DNA of 64,000 nucleotides from an uncultured Acidobacteriota bacterium (GTDB lineage: Bacteria; Acidobacteriota; Vicinamibacteria; Vicinamibacterales; UBA2999). Position 1 is the stretch's first letter. Every line of letters begins with the position of its first letter. The stretch is from positions 65,381 through 129,380 of the forward strand of contig CAVRUW010000002.1 of the NCBI GenBank assembly GCA_963724485.1, read 5' to 3'. Shown here in pieces: positions 29,161-39,435 of the stretch. The position numbers and the translations under genes are program-made. The notes below the pieces were generated by a model, which saw only the letters and a list, made by a program, of their open reading frames with translations, searched no databases and was not told the DNA's origin.

Positions 29161-31802
29161 TTACTTGGGAGTCGAGGGCTTCAATAGCGCGGTCCAGTTG
29201 AGGGCCACGGTGATCGGCAAGATCCCTTCCGTTGCCGTGTTGATCAGAAAACGCTCGCCGTCAGTGGTGACGGCGTATTGAGTGCCGGCGCCAATCCCCG
29301 CCCATCCCGTAATCCGGGTATCCATGAGGACCCGTGACTCGCCCATCGCAAAGCCGGACCCTCCGGCCTTGATGTCGACGGCGATCAACTTCTTGTCCGG
29401 CGCCACGTAATACAGCTCACGGCCGTCGCGCCGCCACAGCGGCTGGTACCCGCCATCCTTCGAAACCTGCCACTTCACGCCGGTGATCGGCAGCGGTTGG
29501 ACCAACACCTCGTAACTGCCGGCGTTCTCGTTCGAGACATACGCAATCCATTTCCCATCCGGCGAGATACGCCCGGTGCGCTCGTCGGCATTCGTCGCTG
29601 CGACTGAGACCGGATCGCCACCACCGACGGGCATGATCAGGAGATCGAAATTGGTTTTGGGATTCAGTACGGAGTAGACGAGCCGCCCATCACGAGACCA
29701 GTCCGCAGGCAGTTTTGGCTGCGGCGATCGAACCACCGTCGTGTCACTGCCCGGTGTATCGATCCTCTGGCGGATCAGGTTCGGTGCCCCCTCGCGCAGT
29801 GTCGCGAAGATCACTTCGTCACTCACCGACGAACAAATCGGCCCCATGTCTACCAGAGGATGGAAGGTGAGTCGCGTTGGATTCAAACCAGCGATATCCG
29901 CCGCCCAGACGTCCAGATTGCCGGACGCCGGAACCGATTGGTCGTAGACCACTCGCTTGTCGTCGAACGTCAAACAGAGCGTGTTGTATTCGCCCGCGGG
30001 CATGATGGTTTGTAGCCGTTTGCCCTGCCGGTCGAACCACACCAGTTCCGACGTGGGCTTCGACGCCTGGTAGGCCAGGACGCCATCGGCGGATACCGAA
30101 AACAGCGCTTGATACGTAAACGCGTTGAACCCGATGTGGTCGGCGATCGCAACTGATTGTCCGGTGAAGGCCAATGTCTGCTGATCGAACGGCTGCGCGA
30201 CGATCGAAGTGTCACGACGATACAGCAGGTGACCGGAGGCATAAACGGCTTGGCCCAACGACTCACCGAGGATCTTCGTCTCCTCGGAGTCGAGCGAGGC
30301 CACACCGAGACTCTCGTTGGCGGCCTGGAATCTGATGCAGGTACAGGTAGTGACGGCCATCCGGCAGAAAGCTGGGAAACATCCGGAACCCAGTGAATCC
30401 AGCGGCAGCAGGAACCAGCGCTGCTGGTCCGCCGTCCGCCGAGACGCTTAGCGGAGGCGACTGAGGCTGGGCGGCAAAGACGATGAGGTTGTCGCGATTC
30501 CAGGTGCCACCTCGTGGCACCGGTGCCGGCGCAATCACTCGTGACCCGCCACCGGCAATCGAGATCGTCTTGAGCTGACCTTCGGCGAAGAATCCGAGCC
30601 TCTGGCTGTCTGGCGCCCAGAACGGGAGGGTCGCTTCATCGGTTTCCGCCAGGGCCTGTGGTTCCAGCGCGTCGCGCCGACGAACGTACAGTCGGCTTCG
30701 ACCCGACCGGTCGCTCGCGACGAAGACCACATGCTTGCCGTCGGGGGAGATCTGCGGTGCCTCACCAAAGGCCAGCGTCGTTTCTGCAGCCGGAAGAACA
30801 TACAGAAGATCGACGGCGGATTCCGGAGGCGAGCCTCGCAGAATGAAGATGATCGCCGTCACCGCGATCGCCGCGAACGTTGCCGCCGCCGCCCATGCGA
30901 TCGCCTCTCGCCACGTGCGTCGATGGGCTGTCGGTGCTGCTTCCGTGGGCGTGCCGTCGGAGATGCCCCGCAACTGAACGAGCACGTCGTGCGCCGTCGA
31001 CCATCGGTCGTCCGGGTTCTTCGCAAGGCAAACGCTCACGAGACGGTCGAGTGCCGCTGGCAGCCCCGGCGCCACCTGTGCGATTGGAGGCGGCGTTGTC
31101 TTGAGAATCGCACCGATCAGGCTCGCCTGACTCGCGCCCTCGAACGCGGGCCGCCCCGTCGCCATTTCGTAGACGAGCGCGCCGAAGGCAAAGACGTCCG
31201 TGCGCGCATCGACTTCATGCCCCTCGATCTGTTCGGGAGCCATGTACTGGGGCGTCCCCAGAATCTGTCCTTGCATCGTCAACTGACCGGTCTCGGTCGC
31301 ACCTTCGTTGATCGCGGATCCCCACCGGCCGCTGCTTGGCCAACCCAAAGTCGAGCAGTTTCGCACCCGATGCGGTCAGCATGACGTTGGCGGGCTTGAG
31401 ATCCCGATGAACGATGCCGCTTCGATGGGCTTTCTCGAGGGCGCCGGCGATCTGCGTCGCGTAGGCCAGAACATCCGCTATCGGCAGCGGTCCGCTCTTC
31501 AACTGGGCGGCCAGCGGCCGTCCTTCGAGCAACTCCATCACGAGGAACTGGATCCCGTTGTGATCGCCGACGTCGTAGAGCGTGCAGATGTGGGGATGGG
31601 TCAGCGCCGAGATCGCCTTGGCCTCCCGCGCGAAACGATCGCGCCGCTCGGGATCGCGCGACCATTCCTCTGGCAGCGTCTTGAGCGCGACGATGCGATC
31701 GAGCCGGGTGTCGCGAGCCCGATAGACCTCACCCATGCCGCCGGCGCCGAGCGGAGCGAGGATCTCGTATGGACCGAGACGCGCGCCGGGTGTGAGTGCC
31801 AT
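29161..31802 (-). CDS. Ser/Thr kinase with TM and PD40 propeller; +1 frameshifts near 31320 and 30340
   Basis: Three consecutive ORF pieces (31215..31817, 30263..31366, 29161..30360) rebuild one kinase-propeller protein like 115..2826. Confidence 0.9.
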
Positions 31803-31878
31803 GCCGGAGCGGATCATAGTTCAACGCGCTGATGCCATCTTGAAACTCGGACCACGGTGTACGATTCTCGAGTCAACG

Positions 31879-32982
31879 ATGCCGCCCCTTTTGCTTGGGA
31901 CTGCCTTGGTCGCCGCGCTCGTCTTGACGTGGCCGGCGAACGTGGAGGCCAAGCCGGATTTTTCCCGCAGCCGCATCTCGATCAGTCCTTCAGCACCCGC
32001 TGAGGGTGACGTCGTGACATTCACCGTAGAAGTCGTCAACAGCGGCGATCAGGATGCCCCCTTTGCCGACGTCATCTTCGAGCTGCCGCTCGAAGCGATG
32101 TTCGTCAGCGTCGAGGGGTTCGAGAACGTCCAAGTGAATCCACATGAGAAGGTGCTGGGTGGAACCATGGCGCTCGGCGCTGGAGCGACCCGTGCCTTTC
32201 GCGTGTCGATGGTGATCCCGCATGACGCGGGCGGGCACGTGCTTACGCCCGATCTCACCGTCAGGTATCTTCATCAAGGCGTCGAGTTCTACGGGCACGA
32301 GACCTACGACATCGACACCCGCGTCGCTGAAAGCGGAGTGATTCTCGGCTCCGTCCGTGTCACTACGGCTGGCCTCGTCGTTCTTGGCTTCATCGCCGCC
32401 TTTCCGGTGCTCTGGCTGACGCTGCGGCTGCTGATGCCGCCCGGTCGCGTCCACGACGAGAGCGGCGCCATGCGAGGCCCGGCAAGTCGCATGGTCGGTC
32501 CAGCCACTGCGGCATTCGCGATCTTGCTCCCGCTTGCGTTCTGGACCGTGTTCGGGACGCTGGCGGTGCGGGATTGGCAGTCTTACTCGTGGCCGCGGAC
32601 ATCGTGCGTCATCACGGACAGCCGGCTGCGCGAGCAGGAGAGTCGCACGGTCGAAAGCGGAGGGCTTCGCCGGACGCGAACCACCACCACTCGAAGCTTT
32701 CAGCCGCTCCTGGCGCTTCGTTATAACGCTGAGGGAAAGGAGTTGATCTCGACCGGCTTCGATACCGGCTCGCATTTGCGAGTTGGCGGCCGCGCGCGGG
32801 CGGAGTCGAACCTGGCCGGTTGGCCGATCGATGCCACGGTGCCATGCTGGTATAACCCCATGGATCAGCACGACGTCGTAGTGCGCAACGGCTTCGGCGG
32901 TGCCTACTTGTTTGCGCTCTTTCCGCTTCCCGTCGCCTTATTCGGTTACTACCGCACTCGCGCGCTGCTCCGGCGTCGCTGA
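31879..32982 (+). CDS. Membrane protein with N-terminal Ig-like (DUF11-like) domain and C-terminal DUF3592-like domain
   Basis: GDVVTFTVEVVNSG; TM helices; SWP.T.C.I..S...V.CWYNP. Confidence 0.7.
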   Translation: MPPLLLGTALVAALVLTWPANVEAKPDFSRSRISISPSAPAEGDVVTFTVEVVNSGDQDAPFADVIFELPLEAMFVSVEGFENVQVNPHEKVLGGTMALGAGATRAFRVSMVIPHDAGGHVLTPDLTVRYLHQGVEFYGHETYDIDTRVAESGVILGSVRVTTAGLVVLGFIAAFPVLWLTLRLLMPPGRVHDESGAMRGPASRMVGPATAAFAILLPLAFWTVFGTLAVRDWQSYSWPRTSCVITDSRLREQESRTVESGGLRRTRTTTTRSFQPLLALRYNAEGKELISTGFDTGSHLRVGGRARAESNLAGWPIDATVPCWYNPMDQHDVVVRNGFGGAYLFALFPLPVALFGYYRTRALLRRR

Positions 32983-33015
32983 CGGAGCGCAGCGCGTTAC
33001 GCTATCATCCCGCTC

Positions 33016-33516
33016 ATGGTCCTGACCAAGCCCGAGCTCGTAACCTCGCTTCAGAAAGAAGTCCGCATCCTCCTGCACCTCGCGAGCAAGATCGACCGCG
33101 CCAAGCTCGACTACCGTCCCACGCCCAAGCAACGAAGCACGCTGGAACTCCTGCAGTACTTGAGCATCATGGGACCCGGGCTCGTGGAAGTTGCAAAGGC
33201 GGGAACGTTCGATCCCGCGGCGTGGACCGCTCTCGAGAAAGATGCGGCGACGAGGAATTTTGATCAGACGCTCGCTGCAATCAGCAAGCACACTGATACC
33301 TATTCGACGCTTCTAGCCGGTATGTCCGACGCCGACTTGCGCGGCGAACTCGACATGTTCGGCGAGAAAATCTCACGCGGTGCCTTCATCGTCAAACTGG
33401 TTCTGAGTGGCTGCGCGGCTTACCGGACGCAGCTTTTCCTCTATCTCAAGGCGTGCGGCCGCGAGGAGCTCAGCACCATGAATCTGTGGGGTGGTGCCGA
33501 CCCGCCGAAACAATAG
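33016..33516 (+). CDS. Hypothetical protein, DinB-like helical bundle
   Basis: LDYRPTPKQRSTLELLQYL; AAYRTQLFLYLK...L.TMNLWG. Confidence 0.75.
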   Translation: MVLTKPELVTSLQKEVRILLHLASKIDRAKLDYRPTPKQRSTLELLQYLSIMGPGLVEVAKAGTFDPAAWTALEKDAATRNFDQTLAAISKHTDTYSTLLAGMSDADLRGELDMFGEKISRGAFIVKLVLSGCAAYRTQLFLYLKACGREELSTMNLWGGADPPKQ

Positions 33517-33525
33517 GAACCACAC

Positions 33526-34014
33526 TCAGGTCGCTGCATCCAACGAAGCCGCGACCGTGCGCAGCGATTCCAGCACCGGCCGCCACCTCTCTTCCGCGAA
33601 ACGACCGGGGAAGAACACGAAGCCCTGCGGCCGCCACCGTGCTTGCAGCCAGCGTTCGTCGACACTGAGGATCAGGTCGTGTGCCGCCAGTGTCGAGAGC
33701 GCTCGTTGGCCTTCGCCGTCTCGCACCCGCGACTCGATTCCCGCGGTGTTGAGCGATCCGTCGGCAACGGTCCGCATGGCGACGACGAGATCGCCCTGCC
33801 CGTGACGGCTACGTTTCAATTGAAGCCGGACGGCCACGTCTCGGCCCTGAAAGCGACCCTGTAAGGCAGAGCGTCCGGAGAGGACGCTGAAAGTGCCGCG
33901 CTCGATTCGAGGGTCCTCCAACAGACGGGCAAAACGAGGCAGGAACTGCGCTCCTGGAATCGCCAACAACCCGGCGATCGCAACGATGATCACGAGCAGG
34001 AGCAGCGCCGACAC
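33526..34014 (-). CDS. Hypothetical protein with N-terminal TM anchor
   Basis: Hydrophobic N-terminus; fills the gap between genes; start uncertain. Confidence 0.55.
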   Translation of the reverse strand: MSALLLLVIIVAIAGLLAIPGAQFLPRFARLLEDPRIERGTFSVLSGRSALQGRFQGRDVAVRLQLKRSRHGQGDLVVAMRTVADGSLNTAGIESRVRDGEGQRALSTLAAHDLILSVDERWLQARWRPQGFVFFPGRFAEERWRPVLESLRTVAASLDAAT

Positions 34015-34250
34015 GCTCAGCTTCTCGATCGATCTGTCTTCACGGTTTGTGTGCGGTCCCAAGCGGCCGGTGGCACGCTGACCACATCGCCTCAGCAGGT
34101 GCTAGTCTCTGGAAAGCAAGCGCGCTCGCCGTTTCGATCGACACGATCTCCTATTTTATTTTACAGTGATGAGCGAGCTGGAGAATGAATCGCGTGGGTC
34201 GTAACGAACCCCTGTGTAGAATTCCAAACCGGCGCGGGGCTCTGACCGTC

Positions 34251-34919
34251 ATGTCTCCGATGACACGATCGACTCTTTTTCGCGTTCTTGCCTCGCTTGC
34301 ACTCGCGACCAGCATCGCCGCCGCCCAGGCGCCTGATGACAAGCAACTCGCTCAGGAGCGCGCGCAGGCGGAACTAGATGTACCGAAGCTCACCGACGTG
34401 TTAGGGCTCCAGCCGGGAATGACGATTGCGGACGTTGGCGCTGGGTTTGGGGCCATGACCGTCGTGCTCGGCAAATGGATTGGGACCGGGCACGTGTTTG
34501 CCACTGACATCGGTGAGCGTCAACTGTCCGTGATCCGCGACTACGTGAAGCGCGAAGGTCTCACCAACGTCACGGTCATCGAAGGCGCGACGGCGTCGAC
34601 CAATCTGCCGCCAGCCTGCTGCGACGCCGTGTTCCTTCAAAACGTGTATCACCACATCGTTTCAGTGAGCGAGTTCAACGCCAGCCTGAAGGCGTCGCTG
34701 AAGCCTGGTGGACGATTGGCGATCATCGACTTCGTGCCGACCAAGGGCTCCGAACTTCCCAAAGGCGTACCGGCCAACCGCGGCGGGCACGGCGTGCCGC
34801 CCTCAGTCGTGATCGAGGAAATGAAGGCCGCTGGGCTGCTTCACGTGCAAACGATCGACAAGTGGCCGCCCGGAGACAAGAATCCGGCGGCCTTTCTGGC
34901 GTTGTTCAAGGCTCCGTGA
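34251..34919 (+). CDS. Class I SAM-dependent methyltransferase with signal peptide
   Basis: IADVGAGFG motif I; FATDI; LKPGGRLAIIDF. Confidence 0.9.
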   Translation: MSPMTRSTLFRVLASLALATSIAAAQAPDDKQLAQERAQAELDVPKLTDVLGLQPGMTIADVGAGFGAMTVVLGKWIGTGHVFATDIGERQLSVIRDYVKREGLTNVTVIEGATASTNLPPACCDAVFLQNVYHHIVSVSEFNASLKASLKPGGRLAIIDFVPTKGSELPKGVPANRGGHGVPPSVVIEEMKAAGLLHVQTIDKWPPGDKNPAAFLALFKAP

Positions 34920-35014
34920 CAAACCTCACTTCTTCCTTGTCACCATCACGACGGGATGCACCACGCAGGCGCCGGGCCCTTTGATCTCAATCATCGCCTC
35001 GCCACAGGGTTAGC

Positions 35015-35896
35015 CTAGTGCAGGCGTCCACTGCGGAGTTCCGCCTCGGCAGAGTCGATGTAGGCACGGTACCCCTCAGGGTCGATAAATGGTTCCACGG
35101 GATCCTTCGCAGCAGCGCTGGCGACGAATTTGCGATATCTGCCCCACCATCTCGCATGGCACGTCACCCAGATGTCAACGGGGAGGCCCCGGAGCACTCT
35201 GAAGCTGCGCTCGAGGTCGGCCTCCTGCTCTGGATACTGCGATGTGGCCAACCGACCCAGGTCGCACGCGCTCACGACGTTGAGCACGCGGTCACCGTCA
35301 CGAACCTGGAACGACCATGAGGTGCATCCGCGCGTGTGGCCGCCGGTGATGTGCGCGGTGACTGCGAGCGGCCCGAGACGGATTGTGTCTCCGTCCTTGA
35401 ACCGATGGTCGACCCGCATCGTCGGATAACCGAGGACCCCGATCCACACGAGGGCCCTCAACGGCAGGAAACCGTCCGGGTCGTCGCCACCAGAGGCGAG
35501 GGTGACGGCGCTCGCCTCGCTCGCCCACAGTTCGGCACCGGACGCCTGCTGGAGCACTCCCAGCCCGCCCGCGTGGTCGGGATGTGGCTCCGAGTTCAGA
35601 AGCACTCTGACGTCCTTGATATTGAAGCCGAGCTTCGCGATGCTCGCCATGATCATCGGCGCGGTGCTCGGATAGCCGCCGTCGAGCACGATGTGGCCCT
35701 CCGGTCCGGTGATGAGGAAGGCCGCGGCATCGGTCGCGCCGACGTAGTACAAGTTACCGGCGATGCGGAACGGTTCGGCGGGCCCCTGCCCGCCTCGCTT
35801 TGTCGCGTTCAGCCACCTGCCGACGAGTACCAGCGCAAGAACACTGACCAGGCCCAGCAGGACTACCAGCCGGTATCGCTTGGCAATATTGCGCAA
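35015..35896 (-). CDS. Subclass B3 metallo-beta-lactamase-like protein, EHH/DHH variant
   Basis: PFRIAGNLYYVG, GHIVLDGG, LLNSEPHPDHAGG, GHTRGCTSW, TCH; TTG start after a GGGAGG SD. Confidence 0.88.
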   Translation of the reverse strand: MRNIAKRYRLVVLLGLVSVLALVLVGRWLNATKRGGQGPAEPFRIAGNLYYVGATDAAAFLITGPEGHIVLDGGYPSTAPMIMASIAKLGFNIKDVRVLLNSEPHPDHAGGLGVLQQASGAELWASEASAVTLASGGDDPDGFLPLRALVWIGVLGYPTMRVDHRFKDGDTIRLGPLAVTAHITGGHTRGCTSWSFQVRDGDRVLNVVSACDLGRLATSQYPEQEADLERSFRVLRGLPVDIWVTCHARWWGRYRKFVASAAAKDPVEPFIDPEGYRAYIDSAEAELRSGRLH

Positions 35897-35922
35897 CAGT
35901 CGCCCTCCCCGTGCGAGCTCAA

Positions 35923-36486
35923 TTAACCGGACTGCTCGTAGAGAGATCGTCGCACCCAGCGTCGGGTCCGGTCTTTGCCAAACGCGTTGACCGCAAACGA
36001 CCAGGCGATCAGCCGGCAATCGCGCGCCGGACTCCATCCAGCAGCGTGCACGCGATCGAAGACGAGCGCATCGGCGTCGGCCCGTGCGCCAAGGAGTTGG
36101 GCCAGGCCGGTGAGTCCGGGCCGGCACGCCCACCGAAAATCGAACTCACGGCCGGTCCATCCGAGGCGAGCGACATCGTCGGCGGTCAGCGGACGGGGGC
36201 CGACGGCGCTCATCTCACCTCGGAGGACGTTGACGAACTGCGGGATTTCGTCGAGACCAGTGGCACGGAGCAAGCGGCCCAGTCGCGTCACCCGGCCGTC
36301 GCGCATCGAGCGGAACTTCAGGATGCGAAACGGTTTGCGGCGATGACCGAGGCGCTCCTGACAGAAAAGGATCGGCCGGCCGTCATCGACCAGAATTGCC
36401 AGGCCGATGGCGATCATGGCCGGCGCGAACACCGCCAATCCCGCGAGAGCTCCTACCACGTCGAAGGCGCGTTGCCCCATTGACAT
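35923..36486 (-). CDS. Bacterial sugar transferase (small phosphoglycosyl transferase)
   Basis: RAFDV, F.QERLG, ILKFRSM, LDEIPQF.NVLRGEMS.VGPRP, PGLTGLAQ. Confidence 0.92.
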   Translation of the reverse strand: MSMGQRAFDVVGALAGLAVFAPAMIAIGLAILVDDGRPILFCQERLGHRRKPFRILKFRSMRDGRVTRLGRLLRATGLDEIPQFVNVLRGEMSAVGPRPLTADDVARLGWTGREFDFRWACRPGLTGLAQLLGARADADALVFDRVHAAGWSPARDCRLIAWSFAVNAFGKDRTRRWVRRSLYEQSG

Positions 36487-36491
36487 AGTAT

Positions 36492-36508
36492 ACTTTGTAA
36501 CACAAAGT
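36492..36508. promoter_or_regulatory. Palindromic operator ACTTTGT-aac-ACAAAGT between divergent genes
   Basis: Perfect 7-bp inverted repeat in an AT-rich 62-nt divergent spacer. Confidence 0.7.
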
Positions 36509-36548
36509 TATTTGCAATCATCGGGGCCGGGACAGTCAGGAGCTGTAA

Positions 36549-38024
36549 ATGCGATCCCAACGACGCTTGCGCGTGAAGTTCATTCTGCCCGCCCTCACCG
36601 AAGCCACCAGCCCCTACTGGCGACCGATCAAGTACTCGCTGTTTCCCCCACTCGGTCTGGCCACGCTTGCCGCATATCTGAATCCGGACGACCACGCTTG
36701 GATCGTCGACGAACATGTCTCGCCTCTCGACTCCGCTGACTGCCCCGACCTGGTCGCGATTCAGGTCTATATCACCAACGCCAGGCGCGCGTATGCCCTG
36801 GCCGACGAGTATCGCGCCAAAGGCGTGTTCGTCGCCCTCGGCGGTCTACACGTCACCGCATTACCGGACGAAGCTTCCGCTCATGCGGACACAGTCTTCC
36901 TCGGTCCCGGCGAGCAGACGTTCCCCCAGTTTCTCGACGACTTCCGAGCCGGCCAGCCCCAGCGCCGCTATGTCTCCACGGCCGGGCGAACGCTCGAACG
37001 GGTGCCGCCGATCCGCCGCGACCTCATCACACGCCGCTTCTATCTCGTGCCGAACTCAATCGTCGTCACGCGGGGGTGTCCACAGCATTGTGATTTTTGT
37101 TACAAGGACGCGTTCTTCGAGGGCGGCCGCTCGTTCTACACGCAGCGCGTCGACGATGCGCTCGCCGAGATCGATCGCCTGCCTGGGCGTCACCTCTATT
37201 TCCTGGATGATCACTTGTTTGGCGACCGCCGTTTCGCGTCCGCGCTCTTCGAGGGCATGCGCGGGATGGGACGACTGTTTCAAGGCGCCGCGACCGTCGA
37301 TTCGGTCTTGCGCGGTGACGTCGTCGAGCGGGCGGCCGAAGCGGGACTACGCAGCCTGTTCGTGGGATTCGAGAGCCTGACCCCGGGCAATCTCGTTCAC
37401 AGCAACAAGCGACAGAACCTGGGGCGCGACTACTCCGCTGTCACGAAGCGTCTGCACGACAACGGGATCATGATCAACGGCAGCTTCGTCTTCGGGATGG
37501 ACGATGACGATGAAAGTGTTTTTCGCCGCACGGTCGATTGGGCGATTGAACAGGGGATCACGACCGCAACGTTTCACATCCAGACGCCGTATCCAGGGAC
37601 GCGACTCTTCGCGCGCATGGAGGCGGCCAACCGAATCCTCACGCGCGACTGGGATCTGTACGACACTCGACATGTCGTCTATCGTCCCGAGAGGCTCACG
37701 CCGATCGCGCTCAAGACGGGCTACGACTGGGCCTATCGAGAGTTCTACCGCTGGTCCTCGATCGCCCGCGGGTCGCTGTCGCATGGTTCGCTCAAGCACC
37801 AGGCGAAGCACTTCTTCTATGCGGCGGGCTGGAAGAAGTTCGAGCCGCTGTGGGACTTCGTGATACGAGCGAGACAACTCCGGATCATGACGCCGATCCT
37901 CGAGGGCGTGCTCTCGAGGGTCACTGCCGGCCAATCGGCCGATTCCGCTCTCGATCCAGGGTTCAAGCCACCAACTCCAACAGTTGCTGGCGATTCGGGC
38001 CCGGCATCTGCATCGGTGGCATAG
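36549..38024 (+). CDS. B12-binding domain radical SAM protein
   Basis: PPLGLATLAA, GGLHVT, TRGCPQHCDFC (CX3CX2C), GFES, TPYPGT. Confidence 0.93.
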   Translation: MRSQRRLRVKFILPALTEATSPYWRPIKYSLFPPLGLATLAAYLNPDDHAWIVDEHVSPLDSADCPDLVAIQVYITNARRAYALADEYRAKGVFVALGGLHVTALPDEASAHADTVFLGPGEQTFPQFLDDFRAGQPQRRYVSTAGRTLERVPPIRRDLITRRFYLVPNSIVVTRGCPQHCDFCYKDAFFEGGRSFYTQRVDDALAEIDRLPGRHLYFLDDHLFGDRRFASALFEGMRGMGRLFQGAATVDSVLRGDVVERAAEAGLRSLFVGFESLTPGNLVHSNKRQNLGRDYSAVTKRLHDNGIMINGSFVFGMDDDDESVFRRTVDWAIEQGITTATFHIQTPYPGTRLFARMEAANRILTRDWDLYDTRHVVYRPERLTPIALKTGYDWAYREFYRWSSIARGSLSHGSLKHQAKHFFYAAGWKKFEPLWDFVIRARQLRIMTPILEGVLSRVTAGQSADSALDPGFKPPTPTVAGDSGPASASVA

Positions 38025-39375
38025 CCTTCAGGCGGTCTTGCGCCGCCGCGAGCCGCTCGATCACCGCAGGCCGTTGAAGGATGTCCTGCGCGGTTGCAAT
38101 CGTACCGACGTATTCGAGCGCTGCTCTGAACAGATCGGGGTCGGCGGCGATACTCGCGAACAGCAGCTGAATTTGGCGGGCAAGTGGGTCGGCCGCCGGT
38201 GCGGGAGCTCGGCCTTCGCGTAGTGCGTCCATATCAGCGAAACGTGCCCGATCGACGGCAATCTGCGCGCGATACCACGGAGCGATCTCGGCCTCGGTGC
38301 GACGATCGAATTCCTCGGCGAATAGACGCGGGTTGTCAGCCGTCTCGCGCAACACATTTCGGAGTCGCAGCGCGTGGAGAAAGCCGACGGTGAGTCCGCG
38401 GCCAGCGGAAGGGTTCGTGCAGGCCCACGCGTCAGCGACGGCCGCGAGGCCGGTTGCGACGGGTTGACCATCGACCACGAACCGCCGATAGCGATCGACG
38501 ACTCCACCCATCGCGAGTACGTCGGTGATCGGTTCGCCGTCGAGCCAGTGCGCATGCAGCGGACAAGCACGCACCGTGCTCATCCAGCGCTTCTCGTCAC
38601 GAAGATTCTTCAGCGGCTGGTCACCCGAGGCGGTAAAGAGCGTGACCGACCATGTGCCGTTGTCGCCGGGCAACGTGAGAATCGAGATTGTGCCGAGATG
38701 CGTCAGTCCCGGAGCCTTCCGCGTTGGTTCCGTGCCACTGAAATAGCGCGTGTAATAGATGAAGCCGCTGTCGGCCTGCTCTTCGTATGGTGCGCGAGCC
38801 CCAAGATCGCGAAGCCATGCAGGACTGCGTGACTGGCGGCCTGTCGCGTCCACGACGAGGTCGGCATGCAGATCACCATGCTCGACGGTTCGAACACCGG
38901 TGACGTGCGGGACATCGGCCACCTGCGCGGAGCCGGCAAGCAAGTTGCTGACACGAACGCCACGGCGAACTGCAACATTCGGCTCGGCTTCGACCAGATT
39001 GGCAAATACCCACTCTCCAACCGGGCGCCGTGCCGTGTACGTCCACAGTTGTTCGTCGATGGGTCGTGTTGACTGGTCCGCGAAAAACGGTGGTAAGGGA
39101 TTGAGCAAGTCATAGCGAGCCGCACCGGCGCGACGCAGCGCGTCGTGCGCGTCTGGCAACTCCGCTTCGAGAAGCAAGCGAAGGCCGGGCATGAAGTTGT
39201 GCGGCTGCCGAAACTGCGCGACGCCTTTTCGGGTCCAGCGCGCCCATGCTTCTTCAGGTGTGTCTGGCAGCGGGTCGCTGTCGGCTTCGAGCACGGTCAC
39301 ATCATGTCCGTCCCGGGCCAATAGCAGAGCGGTTCCAAGGCCGCAGATCCCGGCGCCGACAATGAGAACGGACAT
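37963..39375 (-). CDS. FAD-dependent oxidoreductase
   Basis: VLIVGAGICG, ADLVVDATGR, DA...TNP..GRG. Confidence 0.9.
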   Translation of the reverse strand: MSVLIVGAGICGLGTALLLARDGHDVTVLEADSDPLPDTPEEAWARWTRKGVAQFRQPHNFMPGLRLLLEAELPDAHDALRRAGAARYDLLNPLPPFFADQSTRPIDEQLWTYTARRPVGEWVFANLVEAEPNVAVRRGVRVSNLLAGSAQVADVPHVTGVRTVEHGDLHADLVVDATGRQSRSPAWLRDLGARAPYEEQADSGFIYYTRYFSGTEPTRKAPGLTHLGTISILTLPGDNGTWSVTLFTASGDQPLKNLRDEKRWMSTVRACPLHAHWLDGEPITDVLAMGGVVDRYRRFVVDGQPVATGLAAVADAWACTNPSAGRGLTVGFLHALRLRNVLRETADNPRLFAEEFDRRTEAEIAPWYRAQIAVDRARFADMDALREGRAPAPAADPLARQIQLLFASIAADPDLFRAALEYVGTIATAQDILQRPAVIERLAAAQDRLKAMPPMQMPGPNRQQLLELVA

Positions 39376-39435
39376 GACTGGTGTGTATCGCAGTGGATCC
39401 AGTCGCGTCAAGAAACCACAACACACCGCTCACGC

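Noticed and set aside
14744..31802. Programmed frameshifting that separates kinase and sensor domains
   Set aside because: No slippery heptamers seen, paralogs in the window are uninterrupted, and the same +1 insertions hit unrelated genes.
37963..38024. 62-nt convergent overlap of the radical SAM and oxidoreductase genes as antisense regulation
   Set aside because: The radical SAM tail looks like a low-complexity extension to a late stop; nothing supports a function.
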